A stretch of 64,000 bases of DNA from an uncultured Methanoregulaceae archaeon (GTDB lineage: Archaea > Halobacteriota > Methanomicrobia > Methanomicrobiales > Methanospirillaceae), in assembly GCA_963841015.1 (NCBI GenBank), contig CAWJAX010000005.1:512001-576000 (forward strand), written 5' to 3'. The translations under genes were made by a program, and so were the position numbers. Positions 9,343 through 20,499 of this stretch are shown here, in pieces. Every line of letters starts with the position of its first letter. The first letter of the stretch is position 1. The notes beneath the pieces were generated by a model. It was given only the letters and a program-made list of their open reading frames with translations, was not told the origin of the DNA and did not search any database.

Positions 9343-10040
9343 TGGCGGTGGAGCAGAAGTTTATCTCAGAAGGTGTGCGGAAAGCCCGTGTTGAAAAGTA
9401 CCTGTCAAAGGAACTGAAGCGTGCAGGATACGGCGGCATGGATATAGCCAGAACCCCGCTGGGCACACAAGTGACCATCTTTGCAGAAAAACCCGGTATT
9501 GTTATCGGAAAAGGCGGCAAACTGGTTCACCAGTTGACCCTGGACCTTGCTCAGAACTATGGCGTTGAATCTCCCCAGATTGAAGTTCAGCAGGTAACAA
9601 ACCCAAGCTTCAATGCCCAGATTATGGCAGAACGGCTGGCAAATGCCCTTGAACGAGGCTGGTACTTCCGTAAAGCGGGATCGAGCATCCTTCGCAGGGT
9701 TATGGACTCCGGTGCGCTTGGATGTGAAGTTGTGATTGCCGGTAAATTAACCGGAGCGCGTGCCCGTACCCAGAAGTTTACTGAAGGGTACATCAAGCAC
9801 TGTGGTGAACCGAGTAACACCATCGTTGAGAAAGGGTATGCAGTCGCCATCAAGAAACTGGGAGTCATAGGTGTCCAGGTAAAGCTTGTCCCAGCTGGTG
9901 CGAAACTACCGGATCACTTTGAAATAATTGAACAGGAGAAGAAGCGAAAGGCACCGAAAGTGACCGTCACGGATATTGGAGATATTGACGTGGACGAACC
10001 AGCCCTTCCCGATGAAATTCCCTTCAGGGAGGATCGGTAA
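9342..10040 (+). CDS. rps3: 30S ribosomal protein S3
   Basis: KPGIVIGKGG KH motif, LERGWYFRKA. Confidence 0.97.
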   Translation: MAVEQKFISEGVRKARVEKYLSKELKRAGYGGMDIARTPLGTQVTIFAEKPGIVIGKGGKLVHQLTLDLAQNYGVESPQIEVQQVTNPSFNAQIMAERLANALERGWYFRKAGSSILRRVMDSGALGCEVVIAGKLTGARARTQKFTEGYIKHCGEPSNTIVEKGYAVAIKKLGVIGVQVKLVPAGAKLPDHFEIIEQEKKRKAPKVTVTDIGDIDVDEPALPDEIPFREDR

Positions 10041-10243
10041 TGGCACTATTACGGGCACGGGAAGTCCAGCAGCTTTCTGAAGTAGAACTGCAGGAACAGA
10101 TGGAAAAACTCCGGATGGAGCTCGTCCAGCATTACGGAAAAGTCAGTGCCGGTGGCGCCACAGAAAACCCGGGTCATATTGGGGAAATCAGGCGAACAAT
10201 CGCCCGTTTGAAGACCGAGCAGAACCGCAGGAGAAATGTATGA
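10040..10243 (+). CDS. rpl29: 50S ribosomal protein L29
   Basis: ENPGHIGEIRRTIARLKT. Confidence 0.95.
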   Translation: MALLRAREVQQLSEVELQEQMEKLRMELVQHYGKVSAGGATENPGHIGEIRRTIARLKTEQNRRRNV

Positions 10244-10524
10244 TCTCTTCCCAGAATGTCCTCCGTCATGAACTGATCGGACTGGACGTTCTGGTATCGG
10301 GAGCGGCAAACCCCCTTCACCGGGGACTATGCGGTCACATCATCGATGAAACAAAAAATCTGCTGATAATTGAGACCTTAAACGGGGTCAAACGCATTCC
10401 TAAGATGCACAGCAGATTTCAGCTGCACCTTCCAGGCAGTGAACTTGTTGAGATAGATGGATCCGTGATGGTTTTGGCTCCTGAAAAGAGAATCAACCTG
10501 CACGAAAAGAAGAGGATAAAATAA
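10240..10524 (+). CDS. rnp1: Ribonuclease P protein component 1 (Rpp29)
   Basis: RHELIGL..G.IIDET.N motif; canonical position between L29 and S17. Confidence 0.93.
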   Translation: MISSQNVLRHELIGLDVLVSGAANPLHRGLCGHIIDETKNLLIIETLNGVKRIPKMHSRFQLHLPGSELVEIDGSVMVLAPEKRINLHEKKRIK

Positions 10525-10850
10525 TGGCACTAAACATTGGATTGAACGTTCAGGCACCAAAACAAGAATGCCATGACGTTAATTGTCCGTTTCACGGCAC
10601 TTTACCGGTGCGCGGCCAGGTGATCACCGGCAAAGTCGTGAGCGATCGAATGATGGGAACGGTCGTTGTCGCACGTAATTACCTGCACTACATCCGTAAA
10701 TATAAGCGGTATGAAAAACGCAGCTCGAAACTTCACGCCCACAACCCAGCCTGTATTCAGGTTAAGGTTGGCGATATGGTGAAGATCGCTGAATGCAGAC
10801 CGCTGTCGAAGAGTACAACCTTCGTTGTCGTTGAGGTGCTGCAGCCATGA
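10524..10850 (+). CDS. rps17: 30S ribosomal protein S17
   Basis: CPFHG.L.VRG, ECRPLSK. Confidence 0.97.
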   Translation: MALNIGLNVQAPKQECHDVNCPFHGTLPVRGQVITGKVVSDRMMGTVVVARNYLHYIRKYKRYEKRSSKLHAHNPACIQVKVGDMVKIAECRPLSKSTTFVVVEVLQP

Positions 10851-11245
10851 AGGCAAAGCAGTCTACGATTCCTCGCGCGCTTGCCACGGGGACAAGGCTT
10901 GCCTGCGCAGATAATACCGGTGCAAGGACAGTTCAGATCATTTCTGTCTTCGGCTACCACGGTGTCAGGCGCCGTCAGCCCAAGCTGGGTCTCGGGGATC
11001 TCTGCACAGCGAGCGTCCAGAAGGGGACTCCTGACATGCGCCGCAAGCTTGTGCGTGCTGTCATCATCCGTCAGAAAAAAGAGATGCGCAGGCCGAACGG
11101 CATGCGGGTATCCTTCGATGACAACGCAGTTGTTGTTGTGGATGAGAAGAACGAACCAAAAGGGACGGAGATCAAGGGTCCGATAGCCCGCGAGGTCGCG
11201 GAACGGTTCCCCAAGCTCGGTTCCATGGCAACGATCATTGTGTGA
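10847..11245 (+). CDS. rpl14: 50S ribosomal protein L14
   Basis: [23 protein letters not shown]. Confidence 0.97.
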   Translation: MKAKQSTIPRALATGTRLACADNTGARTVQIISVFGYHGVRRRQPKLGLGDLCTASVQKGTPDMRRKLVRAVIIRQKKEMRRPNGMRVSFDDNAVVVVDEKNEPKGTEIKGPIAREVAERFPKLGSMATIIV

Positions 11246-11255
11246 GGTGAGAAGT

Positions 11256-11618
11256 ATGGTAAGAATCGAAAGTGAACAGCCAAGAAAGCAGAGAAAGGCG
11301 CGCTACCAGGCACCTTCACACGTGAAGACCAAATACCTCAACGCCCCGCTTTCCGCTGCGCTCAAGGAAAAATACAAGAAAAAGACGCTGCGGGTGATTA
11401 AGGGTGATACCGTTAAGGTAACCCGGGGAGATTTTGTTGGCAACGAGGGTATTGTTGACGCAGTTGATAGCAAGAAGTCAAAACTTGTTGTCCATGGTGT
11501 TTCTTCCACGAAAGCAGATGGAACCGAAGTACCCCGGAACATCGATGCCTCAAATGTGCAGCTCACCAAACTGAATCTCACTGACAAGCGCCGTGGGGAA
11601 AAATTAGGGGAGGCTTAA
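11256..11618 (+). CDS. rpl24: 50S ribosomal protein L24
   Basis: QPRKQRK, KGDTVKVTRGD KOW motif, IDASNV. Confidence 0.96.
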   Translation: MVRIESEQPRKQRKARYQAPSHVKTKYLNAPLSAALKEKYKKKTLRVIKGDTVKVTRGDFVGNEGIVDAVDSKKSKLVVHGVSSTKADGTEVPRNIDASNVQLTKLNLTDKRRGEKLGEA

Positions 11619-11621
11619 ATA

Positions 11622-12347
11622 ATGTCGGATCATCTGAAGCGGTTAAACGCCCCTGACTCGTGGCACATTGCAAAGAAGACCACGAAATTCATTACGAAAA
11701 CAGCCCCCGGACCGCACAATGCAAATGCAATGCCGATTGCAGTCTGGCTCCGTGATCATATGGGTCTGGCACGGAATTTAAAAGAAGTCAAGCAGATCCT
11801 TCACCAGAACGATGTAATTATCAATGGAAGACCCTGCCGTGACGCAAAAGTTGGCATCGGTATTTTTGATATTATCTCATTACCGAAGATCAACAAATTC
11901 TACCGTATCCTGCGTGACAAGAACGGTCGTCATGTCTCGATTGAAATTGATGCCGAGGCAGCAAAGACCCGTCTGTGCAAGGTTAAAAACAAGACCATTG
12001 TCTCAGGTGGTAAGGTTCAGCTCAACATGAGGGATGGAGCCAACCTGCTTGCTGACAACACCTACAAAGCCGGGGACTCGATCATTCTCTCGCTTGAACC
12101 TGAAACAAGGTTCAATATTATTGACCACTTCCCGTTTGCCGTTGGTAACATGGCCATGGTTATCGGGGGTCGTCACTCAGGAAAGGTTGCAAGAATCGTT
12201 GATATTGTCAAGATGCCGGGCAGCGTCCCCAATAAGATTATCTTAGAGGATGAAACGACAAAGACGCGGTTTGACACGATTGCACCCTATATTTACATGG
12301 TCGGAAAACAGACCTCCGCGATAGCGTCATGGGGGCATGAGCAGTGA
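11622..12347 (+). CDS. rps4e: 30S ribosomal protein S4e
   Basis: [20 protein letters not shown]. Confidence 0.97.
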   Translation: MSDHLKRLNAPDSWHIAKKTTKFITKTAPGPHNANAMPIAVWLRDHMGLARNLKEVKQILHQNDVIINGRPCRDAKVGIGIFDIISLPKINKFYRILRDKNGRHVSIEIDAEAAKTRLCKVKNKTIVSGGKVQLNMRDGANLLADNTYKAGDSIILSLEPETRFNIIDHFPFAVGNMAMVIGGRHSGKVARIVDIVKMPGSVPNKIILEDETTKTRFDTIAPYIYMVGKQTSAIASWGHEQ

Positions 12348-12850
12348 CGTCAATGCGCGATATCTATATCGACAAGGTGGTAGTTCACATGGGAGTCGGC
12401 GAGAGCGGGGAAAAGCTCGTAAAAGCTGAAAATATCATGAAGACTATCACCAGACAGACCCCTATCCGGAGTATTGCGAGGATGACTCAACCGGCATTCT
12501 CAATAAGGAAAGGTGCCCCGATTGGATGCAAGGTCACCCTCCGTGGCAAACCAGCCCGGGATTTTTTCTCGACATCGATTGGGATCATTAACAAAACCGT
12601 CTTTGAGAGCCAGTTTGACAAGAGCGGGAATATCTCATTTGGAATAGAGGAACATACTGATTTTCCCGGCATGTCCTACGACCCACAGATTGGTATCTTT
12701 GGTATGGATGTCAATGTGGTTCTCGAACGCAAAGGCATACGAATCACCCGCAGGCGCATGGAGCAGAAAAAACTCCCGGCAAAACAGCGCGTGAAAAAAG
12801 AGGATGCGATTGCATTTCTCAAAGAGCAGTATCAGGTTGAGGTGCGCTAA
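12344..12850 (+). CDS. rpl5: 50S ribosomal protein L5
   Basis: [27 protein letters not shown]. Confidence 0.97.
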   Translation: MTSMRDIYIDKVVVHMGVGESGEKLVKAENIMKTITRQTPIRSIARMTQPAFSIRKGAPIGCKVTLRGKPARDFFSTSIGIINKTVFESQFDKSGNISFGIEEHTDFPGMSYDPQIGIFGMDVNVVLERKGIRITRRRMEQKKLPAKQRVKKEDAIAFLKEQYQVEVR

Positions 12851-13005
12851 TGGCTGGAGAACAGAAGAAGATCTATGGTCGCGGTGCGAACGAATGCAAG
12901 ATGTGCGGGCGTAAACAGGGGCTTGTGCGCAGATATCATATTATGTTCTGCAGGCAGTGCTTCCGCGAGTGGGCCCGGAAAATCGGATTTAAAAAGATGA
13001 GCTGA
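12850..13005 (+). CDS. rps14: 30S ribosomal protein S14 (zinc type)
   Basis: Below the ORF-track cutoff. Manual translation: [51 protein letters not shown]. Confidence 0.95.
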   Translation: MAGEQKKIYGRGANECKMCGRKQGLVRRYHIMFCRQCFREWARKIGFKKMS

Positions 13006-13018
13006 AGGTGAATGCACA

Positions 13019-13411
13019 ATGACACGAAGTAATCCAATAGCAGACGGAATGTGTTCCCTGAAAAATGCCGGTGACACCGGTAAGTCCGTGTGCATCATCG
13101 AACCAGCAAGTAAACTCCTCGGTGCAATGCTCCGTATTATGCAGGACGCCGGTTACATCAGCAGTTTTGAGTTCATCGATGATGGCAGAGGAGGACAGCT
13201 TAAGGTTCACCTCACGGGTAAAATTAACCGGTGTGGTGCGATAACCCCGCGGTTTTCGGTACAGATGGATGAGATGGAATACTGGGAGAAGCAGTACCTG
13301 CCCGGAAAGAACTTCGGGCTGCTGATACTTTCGACCTCGCGTGGTGTACTATCACACGAACAGGCGAGGAAAGATGGTATCGGTGGCGAACTGCTCGGGT
13401 ATGTTTATTAA
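13019..13411 (+). CDS. rps8: 30S ribosomal protein S8
   Basis: [22 protein letters not shown]. Confidence 0.97.
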   Translation: MTRSNPIADGMCSLKNAGDTGKSVCIIEPASKLLGAMLRIMQDAGYISSFEFIDDGRGGQLKVHLTGKINRCGAITPRFSVQMDEMEYWEKQYLPGKNFGLLILSTSRGVLSHEQARKDGIGGELLGYVY

Positions 13412-13424
13412 AAGGTGCGAGATC

Positions 13425-13949
13425 ATGTCAGCAGTCAGAAAAGTTAAGATTCCCGAGGGTGTAAAAGCCCGTCTGGATGGCTCGCAGCTCGAAGTGAAAG
13501 GTCCAAAAGGTCAGCTTTCACGAAACATGCGGTTCCCCCAGGTAATCGTAACCTGCGAAGGAAACGAGGTTACTATCTCAACCGAATCCAAGAGAAAAGA
13601 GATGACAGCGATGGTTGGGACACTGGAGGCGCATACCAAAAACATGTGCCGGGGTGTCAGTGAAGGGTTTGAGTACCATATGAAAATGGTCTACAGCCAC
13701 TTCCCGATCCAGCTGAAACTTCAGGGAAACCGGCTTGAGATTGCCAACTTCCTTGGTGAGAAGAAGGCGCGTTACGCACGGATTGAGCCGGGTGTTACCG
13801 CAAAGATAGCAAATGATGAAGTTGTGCTCACAGGAATCGACCGCGAACTGGTCGGAACCTCAGCAGCAAACATTGAGCATGCTACTCACATCCGTAACCG
13901 TGATCCCAGGGTCTTCCAGGATGGCATCTATATTGTGCAGAGGGGCTGA
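13425..13949 (+). CDS. rpl6: 50S ribosomal protein L6
   Basis: VKGPKG, YSHFPI, RDPRVFQDGIY. Confidence 0.97.
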   Translation: MSAVRKVKIPEGVKARLDGSQLEVKGPKGQLSRNMRFPQVIVTCEGNEVTISTESKRKEMTAMVGTLEAHTKNMCRGVSEGFEYHMKMVYSHFPIQLKLQGNRLEIANFLGEKKARYARIEPGVTAKIANDEVVLTGIDRELVGTSAANIEHATHIRNRDPRVFQDGIYIVQRG

Positions 13950-13955
13950 AGATCG

Positions 13956-14699
13956 ATGACCACTGAAATAAAACGGTTAATCCGGGTGCGTGTAGAAAAG
14001 GGTGCAACCTTCAAGCGTGACGGATACGGTAAGAAGAAGCAACTCTCTGATTCCTGGAGAAAGCCACGGGGGCAGCACAATAAGCAGAGAGAGCAGAAAA
14101 AGGCAAAAGGAGCACTCCCCAAGCCCGGGTTCGGAAGCCCGATTGCAGTCCGCGGGATGCACCCCAGCGGATTTTTTGAGGTGTTGGTCTCTTCGGCTAA
14201 GGAACTTGAGGGTATTGATCCCAAGACTCATGCGATCCGGATAGGAGCAACAGTTGGTGACCGTACACGTGCCGGACTCCAGGAAAAGGCACTTGCGGCA
14301 GGGTTCAAAGTGCTGAATGCCCGCACGGTAAAGACCGGATCAGAACAGGAAAAGGTCCGCAAACCAGCAAAGGTGGCAGACAACAAGAAGAGCGAAGAAA
14401 AGAAACCCGCAAAGTCAAAAGCCCCGGCAGCAGAACCTGTCAAAAAAGATACCAGGAAGACAAAGAAAACACCCGAGGCAGAAGAGAAAAAGGCTCCGGT
14501 AAAAGAAAAGAAACCGGTAAAACCGAAAGCGGAACCGGCAGAAAAAACACCGGAAAAAACGAAGGAAGCAGCTCCTCCAAAAACAACCAAGAAAGCGGTG
14601 AAGCCAAAGACGGATGCTCCTGCTGAAGCCAAACCCAAGGCAGCAGCAAAACCCAAGACTAAAAAGAAGACCGAGTCAGAGGTGAAGAAGAATGAGTGA
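13956..14699 (+). CDS. rpl32e: 50S ribosomal protein L32e with a long Lys/Pro/Ala/Glu-rich C-terminal tail
   Basis: SWRKPRG, GFGSP..VRGMHPSG core ending near KVLN (~aa 122), followed by ~125 low-complexity residues. Confidence 0.93.
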   Translation: MTTEIKRLIRVRVEKGATFKRDGYGKKKQLSDSWRKPRGQHNKQREQKKAKGALPKPGFGSPIAVRGMHPSGFFEVLVSSAKELEGIDPKTHAIRIGATVGDRTRAGLQEKALAAGFKVLNARTVKTGSEQEKVRKPAKVADNKKSEEKKPAKSKAPAAEPVKKDTRKTKKTPEAEEKKAPVKEKKPVKPKAEPAEKTPEKTKEAAPPKTTKKAVKPKTDAPAEAKPKAAAKPKTKKKTESEVKKNE

Positions 14700-15144
14700 T
14701 GTTGCCAGCCAGAAACGCATCGCTGCATCAGTATTGAAGTGCGGTGTCAATCGTGTCTGGTTTGACCCGGCCCGTATCTCGGATATCGAGAACGCAATCT
14801 CACGTGAAGACTTACGAGGGCTTATCACTGATGGTGCAATCAAGGCACAACAGAAGAAGGGTGTAAGCCGCGGGAGAGCCCGTGCACGGATCGCAAAACG
14901 GTCATACGGCCACCGTAAGGGTGCGGGAAAAAGAAAGGGTGCGGCAGGTGCCCGCAATCCAAGCAAAACAGCCTGGGTCCAGAAGATCCGTGCTATACGA
15001 AAAGTGCTCGTCGAACTCCGCGATGCCGGTACGATTGACCGTCATCTGTACCGCATAATTTACCGGAAAGCGGCAGGCGGTCAGTTCAGGAGCGTTGCGC
15101 ACATGAAGGCACAGATGGAGATCCTCGCAGGGAGGATGAAGTAA
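14692..15144 (+). CDS. rpl19e: 50S ribosomal protein L19e
   Basis: QKRIAA.VLKCG.NRVWFDP, KGVSRGR. Confidence 0.97.
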   Translation: MSDVASQKRIAASVLKCGVNRVWFDPARISDIENAISREDLRGLITDGAIKAQQKKGVSRGRARARIAKRSYGHRKGAGKRKGAAGARNPSKTAWVQKIRAIRKVLVELRDAGTIDRHLYRIIYRKAAGGQFRSVAHMKAQMEILAGRMK

Positions 15145-15145
15145 C

Positions 15146-15670
15146 ATGGCAACAGGATCACGGTATTTTGTTCCCTTCCGAAGACGAAGAGAGGGCAAGA
15201 CCGATTACTACAAGCGGACCAGGCTCGTCGTAGCAGATGCGCCACGAATGGTTGTGCGCAAAACAAACCGGCATATCATTATCCAACTCGTTACAGCAGA
15301 GATGGATGGCGACCGCACACTCATCGCAGCAAATTCTGCCGAGCTGGAAACATACGGATACAAGGGATCGACATCCAATACACCGGCAGCCTACCTGACC
15401 GGCATGCTCTTTGCCGTAAAAGCGAAAAAAGCAGATTACGGCAGGGCTATCCTGGATATCGGGCTCAACCGCGCAACTCCCGGTGCCCGGGTCTTCGCCG
15501 CACTGAAAGGTGCTGTTGAAGCAGGACTTGATGTACCTCATGGAGAGAAGATCCTTCCCTCCGACGAACGTGCCAAGGGTGCACATATCGCTGCATATAA
15601 TAAAAATGCCAGTGATATTGTTTCAATTGTCGAACAGGTGGCAGACGCCATAAAAAAGGAGCTGGTGTAA
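15146..15670 (+). CDS. rpl18: 50S ribosomal protein L18
   Basis: RRRREGKTDY, NTPAAYLTG. Confidence 0.97.
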   Translation: MATGSRYFVPFRRRREGKTDYYKRTRLVVADAPRMVVRKTNRHIIIQLVTAEMDGDRTLIAANSAELETYGYKGSTSNTPAAYLTGMLFAVKAKKADYGRAILDIGLNRATPGARVFAALKGAVEAGLDVPHGEKILPSDERAKGAHIAAYNKNASDIVSIVEQVADAIKKELV

Positions 15671-16288
15671 ATGGCTTATGAAAGAGAAGAGTGGCGCCCG
15701 GTCACCGGTCTTGGCAAACTCGTCGCCTCGGGAGAGATAAAAAGTATTGACCAGGTACTTGAGAGCGGCAGGCCGATCAAGGAACCCCAGATTGTCGATA
15801 TGTTCCTTCCCGATCTGGAAGATGAAGTTCTTGATATCGCCATGATGCAGCGGATGACCGACTCAGGTCGTCGCGTTCAGTTCCGTGCTGTTGTTATTGT
15901 TGGCAACCGGAACGGGTATATCGGATTTGGTCAGGGTAAGGACGTGCAGGTAGGTAATGCGATCAAGAAGGCGATCGTGAAAGCCAAGATGAATCTTATT
16001 AAGGTGCGGCGCGGTTGCGGCAGCTGGGAATGCGGGTGTGATGCAACTCATTCGATTCCAATGCAGGTCAAGGGAACTGCAGGCAGCGTCCAGGTCACCC
16101 TCAAACCCGCACCCCAGGGTATCGGACTTGTTACCGGGGATATCAGTAAGAAAGTGCTTGAGCTTGCAGGAATCAAGGATGTGTGGACGTTCGCACGCGG
16201 ACAGACACGTACTACTATCAACTTTGCCAAGGCTACCTTCAACGCCCTCAATGAAACCAATATGATCAGGACAGGGAGGTTGCCGTAA
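15671..16288 (+). CDS. rps5: 30S ribosomal protein S5
   Basis: [23 protein letters not shown]. Confidence 0.97.
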   Translation: MAYEREEWRPVTGLGKLVASGEIKSIDQVLESGRPIKEPQIVDMFLPDLEDEVLDIAMMQRMTDSGRRVQFRAVVIVGNRNGYIGFGQGKDVQVGNAIKKAIVKAKMNLIKVRRGCGSWECGCDATHSIPMQVKGTAGSVQVTLKPAPQGIGLVTGDISKKVLELAGIKDVWTFARGQTRTTINFAKATFNALNETNMIRTGRLP

Positions 16289-16750
16289 ATGTTTGCAGTT
16301 GTTCAGGTCCGTGGCGTCGTAAAAACGCGCCGGGACATCAAGGACACCCTCAAGATGCTGCGTCTTCATCACATCAACCACTGCGTGCTCGTGCCGGACA
16401 CACCGGAAAACCTCGGCATGATCCGCAAGGTAAAGGACTATGTTGCTTATGGTGAAGCCGATGCATCCACCATTGAGACACTGCTGCTGACCCGTGGCAG
16501 GGTTATTGGTGATGCACCCCTTACCGATGAGTACATCAGATCGAATTCGACATACAGCAACATTTCCCAGTTTGCACAGGCGCTTGCGAGTGGTGAAACA
16601 AAACTGCGTGAAATTCCGGGACTCAAACCTGTATTACGCCTTCATCCGCCACGCAAGGGATACAAGACCACCAAACGCACTTTCCCTCAGGGTGGAGCGC
16701 TTGGCTATTATGGTCAGGAGATCAATACTCTCCTCTATAAGATGAGGTGA
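16289..16750 (+). CDS. rpl30: 50S ribosomal protein L30
   Basis: TLKMLRL, LRLHPPRKG, GGALGY. Confidence 0.96.
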   Translation: MFAVVQVRGVVKTRRDIKDTLKMLRLHHINHCVLVPDTPENLGMIRKVKDYVAYGEADASTIETLLLTRGRVIGDAPLTDEYIRSNSTYSNISQFAQALASGETKLREIPGLKPVLRLHPPRKGYKTTKRTFPQGGALGYYGQEINTLLYKMR

Positions 16751-16756
16751 TGCAGG

Positions 16757-17185
16757 ATGCCAACCAACAAACGTTCAAAGTTCCGCGGATCGCGGACATG
16801 CGGTGGCGGCACCCATAAAAACCGTCGTGGTGCAGGCAACCGCGGCGGTCGCGGTCGCGCCGGTATTAACGCTCACCACTTTGTAAAGTGGTATAAAGAG
16901 ATGGGAGGACCGGTCTTTGGAAAGGATGGTTTCTCGAATAGTTCCCGGACTTCAGTCACGGTAATGGATGTCGGGATTATCGATCAGATTATACCATCGC
17001 TCCTGGCGCAGGGTATTGCAAAGAATGAAGGAGATGTCATCATAATCAACACCGCTGATATGGGCATCGAGAAGGTGCTGGGCAGCGGCAAAGTCACAAA
17101 AAAGCTGAACATCACCTCGCAGGCATTCTCTGAATCAGCCAAGGTAAAGATTGAAAAAATGGGTGGAAAGACGCAAATCGTCTGA
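16757..17185 (+). CDS. rpl15: 50S ribosomal protein L15
   Basis: RGSRTCGGG, RGAGNRGGRG, KVLGSG. Confidence 0.97.
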   Translation: MPTNKRSKFRGSRTCGGGTHKNRRGAGNRGGRGRAGINAHHFVKWYKEMGGPVFGKDGFSNSSRTSVTVMDVGIIDQIIPSLLAQGIAKNEGDVIIINTADMGIEKVLGSGKVTKKLNITSQAFSESAKVKIEKMGGKTQIV

Positions 17186-17211
17186 CCTGACCCGTAATTT
17201 TTGGTGAAACA

Positions 17212-18644
17212 ATGGGAAACCTGCTGGATCGAATGGAACCCCTGCTCGCTGCGATGCCCGCAGTCAGGAGTCCCGAAGGACATGTCCATTTCAAGAATAA
17301 ACTGATCTGGACAGTTGCAATACTGATTCTGTATTTTGCCCTGACGAATATCCCGCTTTTTGGCATGGCACCCCAGTCCGAGGATTTATTCGCGGCATGG
17401 CGTGCGCTTCTTGCAGGTTCAAGCGGTTCAATCGTTCAACTGGGTATCGGACCAATAGTTACAGCATCCATCGTGCTCCAGCTGCTGAAAGGAGCAGATA
17501 TCCTCCACATTGATACGAGCGAGACACGCGGACAGGTCATGTACATGGGTCTTCAGAAGCTCCTTGTCATGGTCATGATTGTAATTGAAGCAGCCCCGAA
17601 TCTTGTGGGAGGCTTCATTCAGCCAGATCCGGTGATCGCCCAGCAATTCTTTGGTGGCAACCTCTTTGCTGTATCCTTCATCATCTTTATCCAGATCTGT
17701 ATCGGGGGCCTTCTCATCTTCTTCATGGATGAAGTAGTAACCAAATGGGGTATTGGTTCAGGGGTCGGGCTCTTCATCATTGCCGGCATATCCCAGGCAT
17801 TGGTGAATGGGTTTATTCAGTGGGCAGCAGTTGCCGATCCATATCCGGTCGGTTTTTTCCCCGGCTCGTTGCCATCGGGCTGGATGGGGCAAGTTATCTC
17901 ACGTACTTTAGCAGGGACATGCTCGCATTTGTTACAACCGTTGTAATTTTCCTTGTTATTGTCTTTGTCGAATCAACGCGCATCGAGATCCCGCTTGCTC
18001 ACGCCCAGGTAAGGGGTGCACGGGCACGTTTCCCGGTAAAACTGATCTATGCAAGTGTCCTGCCAATGATCCTCGTCATGGTGCTTCTGGCAAATATCCA
18101 GATGATTGGGCTGTTCCTCTACAATATGGGTATCACAATATTCGGTACCTTCGTAGGTACACAAGCCGTCAGCGGTATAATGTATTACCTGTCACCGATC
18201 AATGGGCCATCGGACTGGATGTGGTGGGCTTACGATCTCCTGCATGCTCCATGGGAGGTGCTTTTACGTCTGGGCATCAATATGACAATTATGGTGGTCG
18301 GTGGTGCGATCTTCGCGCTCTTCTGGATCAAAACTGCAGGGCTCGATTCAAAAGATGTAGCCCGGCAAATCCAGTTATCGGGTATGTCCATTCCCGGCTA
18401 CCGCAGGAACCCGCAGGTACTTGAAAAGTATCTTGACCGGTATATCCCCCGGGTCACCGTCATTGGTGGTGTCTTTATTGGTGTGCTCAGTGTAGTTGCA
18501 AACCTCTTTGGTGTCATCGGTGGTGTGAGTGGAACTGGCCTGCTGCTGACGGTAAGCATCACATACCGTCTCTATGAAGAAATCGCAAGCCAGCAAATCA
18601 TGGAGATGTACCCGTTCATGCGGACATTCTTTGGTAAAGAGTGA
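17212..18644 (+). CDS. secY: Preprotein translocase SecY (frameshift near 17860 in a T/C homopolymer)
   Basis: LGIGPIVTASI and WGIGSGVGLFI in ORF 17212-17946; FPVKLIYAS, IPGYR and GTGLLLTV in ORF 17745-18644. Confidence 0.95.
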
Positions 18645-18663
18645 AGACGTGGAAGGGACCAGG

Positions 18664-19236
18664 ATGGAAGGAAAAAAGGTTATCATAACCGGAGTACCGG
18701 GAGTCGGAAAGACGACGGTCGTCAACGAGGCGTTAAAGAAAATCAAGGAAGAAGGTGTCGAGTACAAATCCATTAATTTCGGCACCTTCATGTTTGAGGT
18801 TGCCATGAACGACAAAATCGTTCAGGACCGGGACCAGATGCGCACGCTGGACCGTGCAGTCCAGAAACGACTGCAACAGCGTGCTGCACAGGCAATTGCA
18901 CAGGTCCCCGGCAACGTTCTGATTGATACGCATGCATCGGTAAAGACACCGAAGGGGTATCTTGCCGGATTACCCGACTGGGTTCTGCGCGAGATTATGC
19001 CTGATAGTATCGTTCTCGTTGAAACGGATGAAGACCAGATCCTCATGCGGCGTTTAACGGATGAAACGCGATCCCGGGACAAAGAGGGTGCACGATCGAT
19101 AGCAGAGCACCAGCAGTTCAATCGCTCTATTGCAGCTGCATATGCAATGCTTACCGGCTGCACGGTAAAAATTGTGATAAACGCTGATTTCCTCCTCGAA
19201 CGGGCTGCAGAAGATATGGCAGCCGTGCTCAGGTGA
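18664..19236 (+). CDS. adk: Archaeal adenylate kinase
   Basis: GVPGVGKTT P-loop, DTHA, GYLAGLP. Confidence 0.95.
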   Translation: MEGKKVIITGVPGVGKTTVVNEALKKIKEEGVEYKSINFGTFMFEVAMNDKIVQDRDQMRTLDRAVQKRLQQRAAQAIAQVPGNVLIDTHASVKTPKGYLAGLPDWVLREIMPDSIVLVETDEDQILMRRLTDETRSRDKEGARSIAEHQQFNRSIAAAYAMLTGCTVKIVINADFLLERAAEDMAAVLR

Positions 19237-19240
19237 ACAT

Positions 19241-19852
19241 ATGGATATTGGAAAAGTTTGGGATAAATACGGTCTTTTCATTGCATTAGGCTTTATGATG
19301 CTGATGATGTTTTCCTACAGCGTCGAGTGGCTCCGTGTGGGAGTCGGCCAGGGGATGGATGGTGCATTCTCACCCTTAATCGAAGGATTTAAGATTCCCT
19401 TTTATATTCTCATCGTAATACTTTCTGCTCTTACGGGATTGTACTCTTCCGTTATCCAGAAATATACGATAGATTACGAGAAGATGACTGAAACTCAGGA
19501 ACGGATGAAGGAGTTCCAGACCGAGTATCGTGAAGCGCAACTTTCCAAGGATGAGAAAAAAATCAAGAAAATGGATGCAAAAAAAGACCGGGTAATGAAG
19601 GAACAGCTTGAAATGTCCCAGAACCAGTTCAAGCCGATGGCATACATCCTCGTACTGACCGTTCCAATCTTTTTCTGGTTGCTCTACAGGCTGAATGAGG
19701 TGCCCAGCACGATCACGCTACCCTATGCAGGGCTTCAAAGCCTGCTTGCTCCGGTGCTCTGGGTTGTCCCGGCATGGATGATCTGGTATATGATCTGTTC
19801 CATCACTTTGAGTCAGGTGATAAGGAAATCCTTAAACATCGGGGGTATCTGA
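19241..19852 (+). CDS. DUF106 / EMC3-TMCO1 (Oxa1-superfamily) membrane protein
   Basis: TM-coiled coil-TM layout, FKPM, WY..CS; canonical position between adk and cmk. Confidence 0.88.
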   Translation: MDIGKVWDKYGLFIALGFMMLMMFSYSVEWLRVGVGQGMDGAFSPLIEGFKIPFYILIVILSALTGLYSSVIQKYTIDYEKMTETQERMKEFQTEYREAQLSKDEKKIKKMDAKKDRVMKEQLEMSQNQFKPMAYILVLTVPIFFWLLYRLNEVPSTITLPYAGLQSLLAPVLWVVPAWMIWYMICSITLSQVIRKSLNIGGI

Positions 19853-20394
19853 TGAGGATTACCGTGAGCGGGCTGCCCGGGAGCGGGACAACCTCACTCT
19901 CACGGTACCTCTCAGAACGCCACGGTTTTTCATTGATCTCTGCCGGGGAAGTCTTCCGCCAGCTTGCCCAGGAACACAACATGGGACTGGCCGAGTTCGG
20001 GCGCCTGGCTCAGGAAAACCCGGCTTTTGATACCATGATTGATGCCCGTCAAAAAGAGATCGCAGAGCAGCGGGACAATATCATCGTTGAAGGCCGGCTT
20101 TCCGGCTGGATGGTCAGGGATGCGGATATCAGGATATGGCTCTTTGCCCCGATTGGGTGCCGGGTAAAACGAATTGTCTCAAGGGATCAGATAGCAGATG
20201 ATACGACTGCAGAACGGATCACCATTGAGCGGGAAGCGTGCGAAGCGGGCAGGTATCGGACGTATTATAATATTGACATCAGCGACCTCTCCATATATCA
20301 GATAATCCTGAACTCCGAGCACTGGAGTGTTGAAGGACTCGGTTCAATTATTGATACGGCAATCGTGCAGCTCAATTCTCATGAAACCCGGTAA
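19852..20394 (+). CDS. cmk: Cytidylate kinase
   Basis: ITVSGLPGSGTTS, SAGEVFR, EGRLSGW. Confidence 0.93.
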   Translation: MRITVSGLPGSGTTSLSRYLSERHGFSLISAGEVFRQLAQEHNMGLAEFGRLAQENPAFDTMIDARQKEIAEQRDNIIVEGRLSGWMVRDADIRIWLFAPIGCRVKRIVSRDQIADDTTAERITIEREACEAGRYRTYYNIDISDLSIYQIILNSEHWSVEGLGSIIDTAIVQLNSHETR

Positions 20395-20499
20395 TTTCTC
20401 TCTCTGTATACAACAGAATATTACACCATGTCGGGATCGCATCTCGTTATTTTTACCCATGATACTGAAGAAAAAATCCTTTAACCGGTATCAGGGAAT

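Noticed and set aside
19241-20394. Missing rpl34e and rpl14e around cmk
   Set aside because: Loss of these proteins is already known for this branch of Euryarchaeota.
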